Assembly (NCBI GenBank): GCA_913040915.1 | Contig: CAJWHW010000004.1 | Span: 15,351 to 79,350 of the forward strand | DNA length: 64,000 bases | From: an uncultured Fidelibacterota bacterium | GTDB taxonomy: Bacteria; Fidelibacterota; Marinisomatia; Marinisomatales; UBA1611 | Direction of reading: 5' to 3' | Shown here: piece after piece, positions 22,255-30,539 of the stretch | Layout of the letters: each line of letters starts with the position of its first letter | Numbering within the stretch: the stretch's first letter is position 1 | Notes under the pieces: generated by a model | The model's database searches: none | The model's input: only the letters and a program-made list of their open reading frames with translations | Told to the model about the DNA's origin: nothing | Made by a program: the position numbers and the translations under genes

Positions 22255-23438
22255 TTTTTTATTTCTAAGATCAATTGGTGTTCACTACCACAATGATGCG
22301 GAGATAGATCTTCCGAAAAATTAGAAATAAATGGTGAATACCATTCTTTAAAATTGTGTTCTATGTCTAGATTTGTAAATCTAGCGCGCCCATTATTTTG
22401 AATACATAGTCCTGCTGTTATTTTTGGATCTTGCATACCATCATAAATAATATCTGGTATGTTCCTTCCGTATTTAATTGCTAATAATTTTCCAATGTCA
22501 TAATCTAAGGTGGGGAATCCTGGCCATCGCTCATAAACATTATTATATATATGAATATCTGCTGTGTAAGGATTATATAGAGAATCCTTAATTGTTTCTT
22601 CTGTCATGAAATAACTGACCACACCAGTTCCTACACTTTTATTATTTCGAATTGTATTCCGGTAAATATATATATCTCTACAGGCTAAAATCATAATTCC
22701 TGTACCCGGGAGTACTTTTCCAACAATATTACCCGGGGGTGCGAAATTGAATAAATTATTGGATTCAATAATGTTATTAAAAACATGAATATTCCCGCCT
22801 TTTTTCTGTATCAGGTCAGGTAAATCAAATACAAGAATACCCCCCGTATTATTATAGGTATGATTTTTGTAGACTTTTGCATTATTTGAATTTTCAATTT
22901 CAATACCAGCCACATTATCAAAAACAGTGTTATAGCGCACAATGATTTCATTAGACTGACCCACATAAATTCCGGCGTCAGAAGCACCGATCGAAAGTGA
23001 ATGTTCAATTAACACATTATTACATTGCACTGGATATAGTCCATAGGCTCCATTGGTAGGTTTGGGACCTCCTGTCCATTCTGTTTTTAAGTGACGGAAA
23101 ACAATTCCATCCGTATATTGAACCTTAATGGCATCACCTTTTGAATCTTGAACTGTAAAATTTTCCAATGTTATATTTTTGGAATTAGTAATGCTGATGC
23201 CTTGCGCTCCTTCTTCTTGATTGGAAAACTGCAGGATGGATTTATCCATGCCGGATCCACGAATAAACAAATTTTCTTTTCCTTCAATTGATAAAGTACC
23301 TAAAATTAGATGGACACCATCCGGCACTGTGATGGTGTCACCGAACTCTGCTAGAATGAATTGCATTTGCAGTTCTTTTTCCAGATTCGCATAAGCTATG
23401 CAAACTAAAAGATGAAGTGATATGGTTAAATGGGTCAT
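22251..23438 (-). CDS. Parallel beta-helix repeat protein
   Basis: NGAYGLYPVQC, GASDAGIYVGQS, NVAGIEIENS and NNTGGILVFDLP motifs; coupled to the diheme cytochrome gene. Confidence 0.85.
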   Translation of the reverse strand: MTHLTISLHLLVCIAYANLEKELQMQFILAEFGDTITVPDGVHLILGTLSIEGKENLFIRGSGMDKSILQFSNQEEGAQGISITNSKNITLENFTVQDSKGDAIKVQYTDGIVFRHLKTEWTGGPKPTNGAYGLYPVQCNNVLIEHSLSIGASDAGIYVGQSNEIIVRYNTVFDNVAGIEIENSNNAKVYKNHTYNNTGGILVFDLPDLIQKKGGNIHVFNNIIESNNLFNFAPPGNIVGKVLPGTGIMILACRDIYIYRNTIRNNKSVGTGVVSYFMTEETIKDSLYNPYTADIHIYNNVYERWPGFPTLDYDIGKLLAIKYGRNIPDIIYDGMQDPKITAGLCIQNNGRARFTNLDIEHNFKEWYSPFISNFSEDLSPHHCGSEHQLILEIKK

Positions 23439-23550
23439 GCGTATAATTAAGAAATTAAGTGCAACTTAAGGTATGAATAAACATCAAAATAACGCATTCA
23501 ATAATTCCCGCATATTTTCTTTTTTAAAAATCTTTGCTTAGATTTAAAAA

Positions 23551-24267
23551 ATGAAGCCTACTCGTTTCCATTCCTGGAATGTTTCTCCTGAAGAAGCATC
23601 TGCAATTCAGCTCAATTTGCGTGATAAAGTTGAAGTTCAACCTTTGCCAAATGATATTGAATTGGTGTGTGGGACATCTATATCTCATGATCCAAATACC
23701 AATACAGTGCATGTAGCATTAGTGGTCTCAAAATTTCCAGCGATGGAATTAGTAGAGTGTCACAGTCTATCAGAAGAAACCACATTCCCTTATGTTAGTG
23801 GTCTATTGGCATTTCGGGAAGCACCGTCTTTGATGACATTGCTAAAGAGAATCCAGTACCAGCCTGATGTAATATTATTTCATTCTCACGGGCTTGCCCA
23901 CCCCAGAAAGTTTGGCTTAGCATGCCATTTAGGTGTTTTATTTAATATACCATCGATTGGTGTTGCAGACCGGGTTTTGGTTGGATACCATGATAATTTG
24001 CCGATAGAGAAAGGATGCTATGTCCCACTTAAGGATAACAAGCAAGAACTTGGACTTGTTCTGCGTACAAAGGAAGATGAGAATCCTATATTTGTTTCTG
24101 TTGGGCACAAATCGGATCTTTTCACTGCTATGGAATTAACTATGAAATGCATCACGCGTTACCGGCATCCCGAACCCATACGCCAGGCACAATTAGCTGT
24201 GAGAGCCCAAAGAGATGGTGAAAATATTGATTTAGAACATGGTAGTAATCAAGCGTCTTTATTTTAG
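23551..24267 (+). CDS. nfi: Endonuclease V homolog with substituted catalytic residues
   Basis: FPYVSGLLAFRE, HPRKFGLACHLG, PIFVSVGH and PEPIR motifs; the catalytic Asp positions are replaced. Confidence 0.85.
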   Translation: MKPTRFHSWNVSPEEASAIQLNLRDKVEVQPLPNDIELVCGTSISHDPNTNTVHVALVVSKFPAMELVECHSLSEETTFPYVSGLLAFREAPSLMTLLKRIQYQPDVILFHSHGLAHPRKFGLACHLGVLFNIPSIGVADRVLVGYHDNLPIEKGCYVPLKDNKQELGLVLRTKEDENPIFVSVGHKSDLFTAMELTMKCITRYRHPEPIRQAQLAVRAQRDGENIDLEHGSNQASLF

Positions 24268-24430
24268 TACATATTTTTATGCTCCAAATAAAACAATAAC
24301 TATAGGAATTGTAAGTTTCTAGGATAGAGGTTAGAGTTTTAGCATAATGGTCACTTATTTCTTATTTTATATTTTAGTTATTAATAATAACCTAACATTG
24401 TTTTTTTAAAGTAAAAATAAAGGAATAGAT

Positions 24431-24784
24431 ATGTCTGAATTCACCCTATATCATAATCCAAGGTGAGGGAAAAGCAGGGGAGCCGTGTCGCTCCTCAAAG
24501 AAGAAAATATAGATTTCAAAATTATAGAATATTTAAAAACACCCTTAAATAAAAAAGAAATCTTATCTATCTCTAAAAAACTGAACCTTCCTCCATCAGG
24601 TTTTGTGCGAAAGAATGAAGTAGAATTCAAAGATAATAATTTGAGTGATGAGCTTGATAATGATGAAACAATGGCAGAAGCAATCGCGAAATTTCCAAAA
24701 ATTATGCAACGTCCCATTGCTGTTAAAGGCAACCAGGCAGTCATTGGACGTCCGCCAGAAAATGTTTTAATTTTAATTCGTTGA
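24431..24784 (+). CDS. arsC: ArsC-family (glutaredoxin-type arsenate reductase-like) selenoprotein; in-frame TGA at 24464-24466 read as Sec
   Basis: SD-like AGGA at 24421 and ATG at 24431 give MSEFTLYHNPR-(TGA)-GKSRGAVSLL, continuous with the 24485 ORF; the TGA sits at the catalytic Cys of HNPxCxxSR; conserved Arg in FVRK, QRPI and GRPP. Confidence 0.85.
24477..24496 (+). promoter_or_regulatory. Candidate bacterial SECIS element
   Basis: Stem GGGGAGC/GCTCCTC with loop CGTGTC; 17 nt lie between the UGA and the loop, and the loop has G in position 2. Confidence 0.7.
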
Positions 24785-24795
24785 GAGAAAAAAAC

Positions 24796-25905
24796 ATGAA
24801 AAAAACATTATTGCTTTTTACCCTGTTTATCATGTGCTGTGAGCCATTCGTTACCACCTTCCCAGACTCATCTGATGCAGTCATGTATGAAGCTACTGAT
24901 AAGACCAATGTGGCTTATAGTGGAGAAAATATAAAAGTGATTACATGGAACATCCGTTTTGGTGTTGGACGTTTTCCATTCTTTGGCGATTCCTGTGGTG
25001 ATAGTGTTATTTTAGATGATGGTTCCATTGAAAAAATAATGTCTAACATAGCAGACTCCATTAATGCTATGAATGCTGATATTGTGTTGTTGCAGGAAGT
25101 GGATGTATCATCGAAAAGAACAGGCTACATAGATCAGGTTCAATATCTTTTGGACAATACCCACATGAATTATGGGTGTTACGCTTCCATGTGGAAGGCC
25201 GATTATATACCTAGTGGTGGCATTGGACGTGTTGATGCTGGGAATGCTATTTTATCAAAATATAAACTTACAGATGCAGAACGAATCCAACTTAGGCTAA
25301 GAACAGATCAGGACGAGTTGATTCAGTATTTTTATTTAAGACGTAATATATTAAAAGCAAAGGTCCCTGAATTATCACAAGGAGGAAAATCTTTTTATGC
25401 TGTGGATATCCATGCTACAGCTTTTGCAACAGATGATACCAAACAGCAGCACATTGATAAATATGTTCAAACTCTAGCAACTATTCATAATAATGGTGAT
25501 TATTTTGTTACCGGAGGTGATCTCAATTCTGTGCCACCTGGATCGGTTACCGATTTTTGTGAAAGTGATATGTGTGAAGGAGATGATTACCACACTGAAG
25601 GTGCTGAAGAATATCATAAAGAGGGGAGCTATTTCGAAAACTTTGATGGTGAACCTGATCTGTTGCTTCCGCTTTATAACTCTTACAATGCGGCTATCGA
25701 TTCGGCAGATGCAAATCTTCCTGGTCATTTTACCCATGGCCCGAGTACCAGTTATGAAATTAATAATATTAAATATGATAGAAAATTGGACTATCTTTTT
25801 ACGAATAAAACTTGGGTAGATGGCGCATCCAGAACGCACCAAGCAGCCTGGGCACTAAGTGATCATATGCCGGTTAGCTCAATTATAAATATGGGAGGTG
25901 ATTAA
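24796..25905 (+). CDS. Endonuclease/exonuclease/phosphatase (EEP) family protein, probable lipoprotein
   Basis: TWNI, LQEVD, GNAILSK, GGDLN, LDYLF and SDH motifs; signal peptide ending in Cys; ATG at 24796. Confidence 0.85.
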   Translation: MKKTLLLFTLFIMCCEPFVTTFPDSSDAVMYEATDKTNVAYSGENIKVITWNIRFGVGRFPFFGDSCGDSVILDDGSIEKIMSNIADSINAMNADIVLLQEVDVSSKRTGYIDQVQYLLDNTHMNYGCYASMWKADYIPSGGIGRVDAGNAILSKYKLTDAERIQLRLRTDQDELIQYFYLRRNILKAKVPELSQGGKSFYAVDIHATAFATDDTKQQHIDKYVQTLATIHNNGDYFVTGGDLNSVPPGSVTDFCESDMCEGDDYHTEGAEEYHKEGSYFENFDGEPDLLLPLYNSYNAAIDSADANLPGHFTHGPSTSYEINNIKYDRKLDYLFTNKTWVDGASRTHQAAWALSDHMPVSSIINMGGD

Positions 25906-26708
25906 TGGGCCGTATCATTTCTTCTATACTTCTTTCCTGTTATCTTATTGCAGAAACCAAAATTTGGGATTCCCATTCTGCTTACTTGCTTCCTCAAAAA
26001 CGATGGGAAATAGGTTTGTTTCAGCCATTTAGATATGGCTATTCAGATAAATTGGAATATAGTGTATATCCATTATGGTTTTTTGTCATGCCTAATATAT
26101 CTTTGAAAAAGCCTTACAAGCCAATTGGCAGTTTCACAAGTGCATTTCAATCTTCCTTGTTTTATCCAACGCCTTTTCTCAATATGATTGCTAAGAAAGA
26201 TATTTTGGGTTTCATTTCTCCAGAATTTCAAATTCCACCCATGCTTGGTCTTTCTGGTACATTCCTTATATCTAATAATATAGCTGGGGTGGATTTAACT
26301 GTAAATGGTGGTTTAGACTTAGGCCTAGTGATGGGTGATTTGGATTATCGCTCCACTATTGATCTGCCCCTCGTGTATCATCGTTTGGGCGTGTATTACA
26401 ACAATTGGGGAATGCATATGGGATTAGATATACAGAAAAGTATTTCATCAATGATAGAAATTTTAGTTGATATTGATTACAGACTATTGCCTGAATTTCC
26501 TTTAAAACAGTTAGGAAAGAATTATTCTATAGAACATAAGCTTATTCTTAGTTGGAGAAAATCAGATCACTTCCGGTTAATAACCGGTTATAAATTTGTT
26601 ATGGGAGAGTTTCCTTACGGTTCCGATATGCGATTACTACCCTATATACCCTTAGTTGAACGATGGGTACCCATAATTGAATTACAATGGGCTGGGAGAA
26701 AAAAATAA
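25905..26708 (+). CDS. Hypothetical secreted/outer-membrane protein
   Basis: Signal-like N-terminus and aromatic-rich alternating pattern; coupled to the EEP gene by a TAATG overlap. Confidence 0.6.
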   Translation: MGRIISSILLSCYLIAETKIWDSHSAYLLPQKRWEIGLFQPFRYGYSDKLEYSVYPLWFFVMPNISLKKPYKPIGSFTSAFQSSLFYPTPFLNMIAKKDILGFISPEFQIPPMLGLSGTFLISNNIAGVDLTVNGGLDLGLVMGDLDYRSTIDLPLVYHRLGVYYNNWGMHMGLDIQKSISSMIEILVDIDYRLLPEFPLKQLGKNYSIEHKLILSWRKSDHFRLITGYKFVMGEFPYGSDMRLLPYIPLVERWVPIIELQWAGRKK

Positions 26709-26725
26709 AATTAATCCAAATTCTA

Positions 26726-27448
26726 TTAGTTAAAAATTCGGTTTAACATTTCATATAATTCTGGGTTAGGGATTCCTTGCCCAAGATATATTTCATGCTG
26801 CTTGTTTTGCAGTATCATTTCCCAATGAAGATGAGATTGTTTTTTTGTCCCTAATGTGCTTGCTTTCATTCCAGTATTTCCTGACTTACCAATTACTTCA
26901 TTTGCTAATACTTTTACTCCAGGTTTGATATTTTTTTCAATGTGGGATAAATGCGCATAAATTGTAATGGTTCTAAACCCCGGAACAAGACCAAATCCAT
27001 GATCAATAAAAATTGCTTTCCCTAATAAAACATTATTAAATATATCAGAAGGCGTTGAGCCCACTTTTCTGCTAGCCTCCAGCATGTTTACTCTAAAACT
27101 TGCAGGCACTTCCATATAACCATGATCTGCTCGTACGACAACACCATTTGCAACTGCATGCACTGCTGTTCCCCAATTTGCTAAAAAATCCACACCACGA
27201 TGAATACCGCTTCGATTATCTCTAGGTGCATTTGGAAGATAACCAGACTGTTTTGGAACTTTGATATTTTTACATGGCAGAGCAAGTTGAAGAGAGTCAA
27301 CCCACTTAGGATTAAAAATCTCTTTTTTGATTTCTTTGTCCTGTTTTACTGTGATTGAAGTTATAACGGAGAGACTTGAGTTTTTAGGACTCTCAGCTGA
27401 TTGAGCAAGCATTATGGAGCCTCCAAATAATAGTATTTTTAATTTCAT
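26726..27448 (-). CDS. M23 family metallopeptidase
   Basis: HRGVD, YAHL, GKSGNTG and HLH motifs; signal peptide. Confidence 0.9.
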   Translation of the reverse strand: MKLKILLFGGSIMLAQSAESPKNSSLSVITSITVKQDKEIKKEIFNPKWVDSLQLALPCKNIKVPKQSGYLPNAPRDNRSGIHRGVDFLANWGTAVHAVANGVVVRADHGYMEVPASFRVNMLEASRKVGSTPSDIFNNVLLGKAIFIDHGFGLVPGFRTITIYAHLSHIEKNIKPGVKVLANEVIGKSGNTGMKASTLGTKKQSHLHWEMILQNKQHEIYLGQGIPNPELYEMLNRIFN

Positions 27449-27876
27449 CTTTTTTGAGATAAAAGATGATCAATACCATTAATACATGCTGCAATAGGTT
27501 GCCCAGAGAATGAATTAATATATTTCCCTGTTAAAATAGATTCTGTTTCTTTACAACCTAGAAAAAATGGTTTTTCAAAGTAAACCATAGACGTTGGAAT
27601 TTTAATCACATTTAATGTGTCTGCCACTGTCCAATCATACTTTGCCCAAGATGTTGGAATCATCAATAATCCATCAGCCCAATTTCGGTTCCGTTGTAGA
27701 AAATTAATACATTGAAATTGCTTGTGGGTTTGGAAAAATTTTAGTTTTATTTCTTTGCCATGGATATGCTTTCGAATGGCTTTATTTAATTTATCCAAAG
27801 TGAGCTGGTTCCCACTATCAGCGGATATTGTACCCAACAAATTCAGATTAGGGCCCTGTAGTATTAAAACATTCAT
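27445..27876 (-). CDS. Degenerate type II 3-dehydroquinate dehydratase homolog
   Basis: GPNLNLLG signature and matching length, but REPxxYG, NP/HTS and EVH(I/L)SN are absent. Confidence 0.7.
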   Translation of the reverse strand: MNVLILQGPNLNLLGTISADSGNQLTLDKLNKAIRKHIHGKEIKLKFFQTHKQFQCINFLQRNRNWADGLLMIPTSWAKYDWTVADTLNVIKIPTSMVYFEKPFFLGCKETESILTGKYINSFSGQPIAACINGIDHLLSQKR

Positions 27877-28259
27877 TTTAAGGGAATCATATGACCCAAA
27901 ATATACCCAATGATAATTCCGATCAGGAGGCCAAGAGTAACAATTCTGCTTTTAGCCAATTCGGTAGCATATCCCTTTTTGATTGCTATTCCTGAAACCA
28001 CATAACCCATGGCGTTAAAAAACCAAAATACTGGTATAGAAACAATTTTTATGATGATGGGGCCTACAATAGGTATCATCCCGATTAAAGCACCGAGACC
28101 AACGAACATCTGTGTAAAAATGCTAATTACAAATGTTACAAATACTACAATCTTTTTATCAATACCAAAATATAGAGAAGTACAGATTCCTATAACTGCA
28201 ATAATCCAACCAAGAATTTGTTTTTGGTATAGTTTTATAAATGATGATTTGTGATTCAT
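27873..28259 (-). CDS. Hypothetical membrane protein
   Basis: Highly hydrophobic 128 aa ORF overlapping the downstream gene. Confidence 0.7.
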   Translation of the reverse strand: MNHKSSFIKLYQKQILGWIIAVIGICTSLYFGIDKKIVVFVTFVISIFTQMFVGLGALIGMIPIVGPIIIKIVSIPVFWFFNAMGYVVSGIAIKKGYATELAKSRIVTLGLLIGIIIGYILGHMIPLK

Positions 28260-28274
28260 GTTAGAAGAAAGTGT

Positions 28275-28709
28275 TTAGTATGCTTTAGAACCTATAAACA
28301 TCTTCTTATATTTTAAAACTGAGTTAGAACTGTAGTATTCATCTGTTTCTTTTTCATCAATTATTAATGTAAGGATATTTTCATTTATTTTATATTTACC
28401 AATTGTTTTTTCTTTTTTCATATTTAAAGTTAATGCTCCGTTATTTGTTTCCCATATGCCCAATTCCGCATCTTCAAAACCTTCATAAATTCCTCGGGCA
28501 CTGAATGACCCATCTTTTCGAAATGTAAATGTTTCTTGATAATAACTACTTTTATCAGTTGTTATTATCTCTTTCGGTTCACTAAAGTAAATAGTGGTCA
28601 TAGTTTGATATTCCCAACTGCCAATGATTTCCTTATCTCTTTCTTGGGCTTGAAGTAGTATTGATAAAACTATAATACTATAACAGATTTTTGATATAAT
28701 GTTTTTCAT
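28275..28709 (-). CDS. Secreted lipocalin-like hypothetical protein
   Basis: Signal peptide, IIGSWEY (GxW) motif and beta-rich pattern. Confidence 0.6.
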   Translation of the reverse strand: MKNIISKICYSIIVLSILLQAQERDKEIIGSWEYQTMTTIYFSEPKEIITTDKSSYYQETFTFRKDGSFSARGIYEGFEDAELGIWETNNGALTLNMKKEKTIGKYKINENILTLIIDEKETDEYYSSNSVLKYKKMFIGSKAY

Positions 28710-28761
28710 TTGAATTTCCTTAGAAACAAGTCCAAATAGAAATGAATTTTTATCGCGTTTA

Positions 28762-29451
28762 TTATTCCTTAATTAGTGCTGTAATTGGAAACCAAGCAGT
28801 TTTAAGTGATGCTTGAATAATTCTTTTAGGTATTTGGTTTGAAACCCATATTTCTCTTATATTTTCCTCTATTACTATCTTTTCCATAAAATAATCAGAC
28901 TGCGCATTTATTTTTGTAGTATTATCAATGATTTTAAGATCAAGACGATAATAGTCACAAAAAATAGAATCATTACCATTCCAAACATTAACAGTATCAG
29001 CCCAAAGAAATCGTGCATTTCCAATCATACCTTCATGTTCATAAGGTAACCACTTTGTATCAATTCTTTCTGCTTCAATATTTTGTATTAAGGATAGGAG
29101 ATTCAGAATAGATCTTGTCGAGTCTGGTAAATTAATTTTGTTCTTTTTATCGTAAACTAAAACTCCAGAAGAATCTAAATGTGCATTCAATTTCTGTTTG
29201 AAGTCACCTTGCTGTATCTTTTTTCCCCAGGATTGTAAAATGTAAGAATTAGTATCATGCTGGGCCTCATAGTAATTCTTAGTTGGCCATATCAAGTCAA
29301 AAACTCCTATGCTATACGTGTCAAATTTAATTTTACCTGATTCATTAATGGTTTGCTCTACATTAGCTACTGGAAAACCCCAAATAGATATTTCATATTT
29401 TTGTCCAATGCACAGATTAAAAAGTATGGTTAAACTGTATACTCTTTTCAT
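28762..29451 (-). CDS. Hypothetical secreted protein (DUF3108-like pattern)
   Basis: Signal-like N-terminus; YEISIWGFPVA and EIWVSN..RII patterns; ATGA overlap with the GT2 stop. Confidence 0.55.
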   Translation of the reverse strand: MKRVYSLTILFNLCIGQKYEISIWGFPVANVEQTINESGKIKFDTYSIGVFDLIWPTKNYYEAQHDTNSYILQSWGKKIQQGDFKQKLNAHLDSSGVLVYDKKNKINLPDSTRSILNLLSLIQNIEAERIDTKWLPYEHEGMIGNARFLWADTVNVWNGNDSIFCDYYRLDLKIIDNTTKINAQSDYFMEKIVIEENIREIWVSNQIPKRIIQASLKTAWFPITALIKE

Positions 29452-30536
29452 GGTTTCCATTTGAACTTATTAAAAATTCCCATACAGCCGATAATGGGAA
29501 TGTAAAAAGGCTGGATAAGTGACCAAATTATATAGACACCAGGCTTGATTGATGTTTCAAAAAGCCTACCTCCTAGATATATAACTAAACCTTCAAAAAT
29601 AAATTTGATTAAAAATACAAATCCCCATCCTGAGATTCCTAATATAGCATAAAACAAAATAGTAATATTGGTCAAAAAAGCAGAAACTAAAAAAACGAAA
29701 AATAGAGGTCTAGATTGGATAATATTTCTTGAATTAGATGACCATCTAACGCGCTGATTGATAAAGTCATAGATTGTACCTACCCCAAGAGTGGTAACAA
29801 AAGAATTGGGATCGATATTTATTAACCCATTCTGTACTTTGGAAATTGATTGTACCAAATACATATCATCTCCGGATAGCTGATCTTTTACTGTTTCAAA
29901 ACCATTGATTTTTTCAAAGTATGATTTTCTATAAGCTAAATTTTGACCGGTTCCTGACCAAAAATGATTCCATCCACCAGCACCTGCGTTTACTGCAATA
30001 ATTCCTAGAAAATCAATACATTGATAATGATCAAAAAATTCTTCTCCTACAACTTTTGAATAACCAATTGAAATTCCATCAGTTTGAAAAACGCTATAAA
30101 CCATGCTTGATACCCAAAGTGATTTTACCCGACAATCTGCATCCGTAGAAATAATCACATCACCTCTTGCAGCTTCTATGCCTAGTTTAAGGGCATGTTT
30201 TTTTGGAGTCATTTCTTCTGATTTTTTCTCCACTTTAATTTGTGTAATAAAACTATAATTTTTTTCCGCTTCTTCTAAAATAGATAAAGTTGAATCGTTG
30301 GAGCGATCATTAACAATAATTACTTCTATTTTATCAGTTGGATATTCTTGCTTGACAAGATCATGAATTAAATCCGGTAGATTCTTTTCTTCATTGCGAG
30401 CAGCAATCACAACTGAAACAAATGGTAAACTCGAAATTGCATTAATGGGTAATTCTGAGTGGCGGAATAATCCTAAAATAATAAAAGAAATAAATGCAAA
30501 ATATAATCCTGCACTTATAATCAGGAAAAATGACAT
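29448..30536 (-). CDS. Family 2 glycosyltransferase, membrane-bound
   Basis: SVVIAARNEE, NDRSND, TDADC, SGDD and QRVRW motifs; C-terminal TM segments. Confidence 0.92.
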   Translation of the reverse strand: MSFFLIISAGLYFAFISFIILGLFRHSELPINAISSLPFVSVVIAARNEEKNLPDLIHDLVKQEYPTDKIEVIIVNDRSNDSTLSILEEAEKNYSFITQIKVEKKSEEMTPKKHALKLGIEAARGDVIISTDADCRVKSLWVSSMVYSVFQTDGISIGYSKVVGEEFFDHYQCIDFLGIIAVNAGAGGWNHFWSGTGQNLAYRKSYFEKINGFETVKDQLSGDDMYLVQSISKVQNGLINIDPNSFVTTLGVGTIYDFINQRVRWSSNSRNIIQSRPLFFVFLVSAFLTNITILFYAILGISGWGFVFLIKFIFEGLVIYLGGRLFETSIKPGVYIIWSLIQPFYIPIIGCMGIFNKFKWKP

Positions 30537-30539
30537 GGT

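Noticed and set aside
24464..24466. Genome-wide UGA reassignment, or an arsC pseudogene
   Set aside because: TGA ends many genes here (e.g. proS, purM, eno, folC). This TGA falls exactly on the catalytic Cys and is followed by a SECIS-like hairpin, so Sec fits better.
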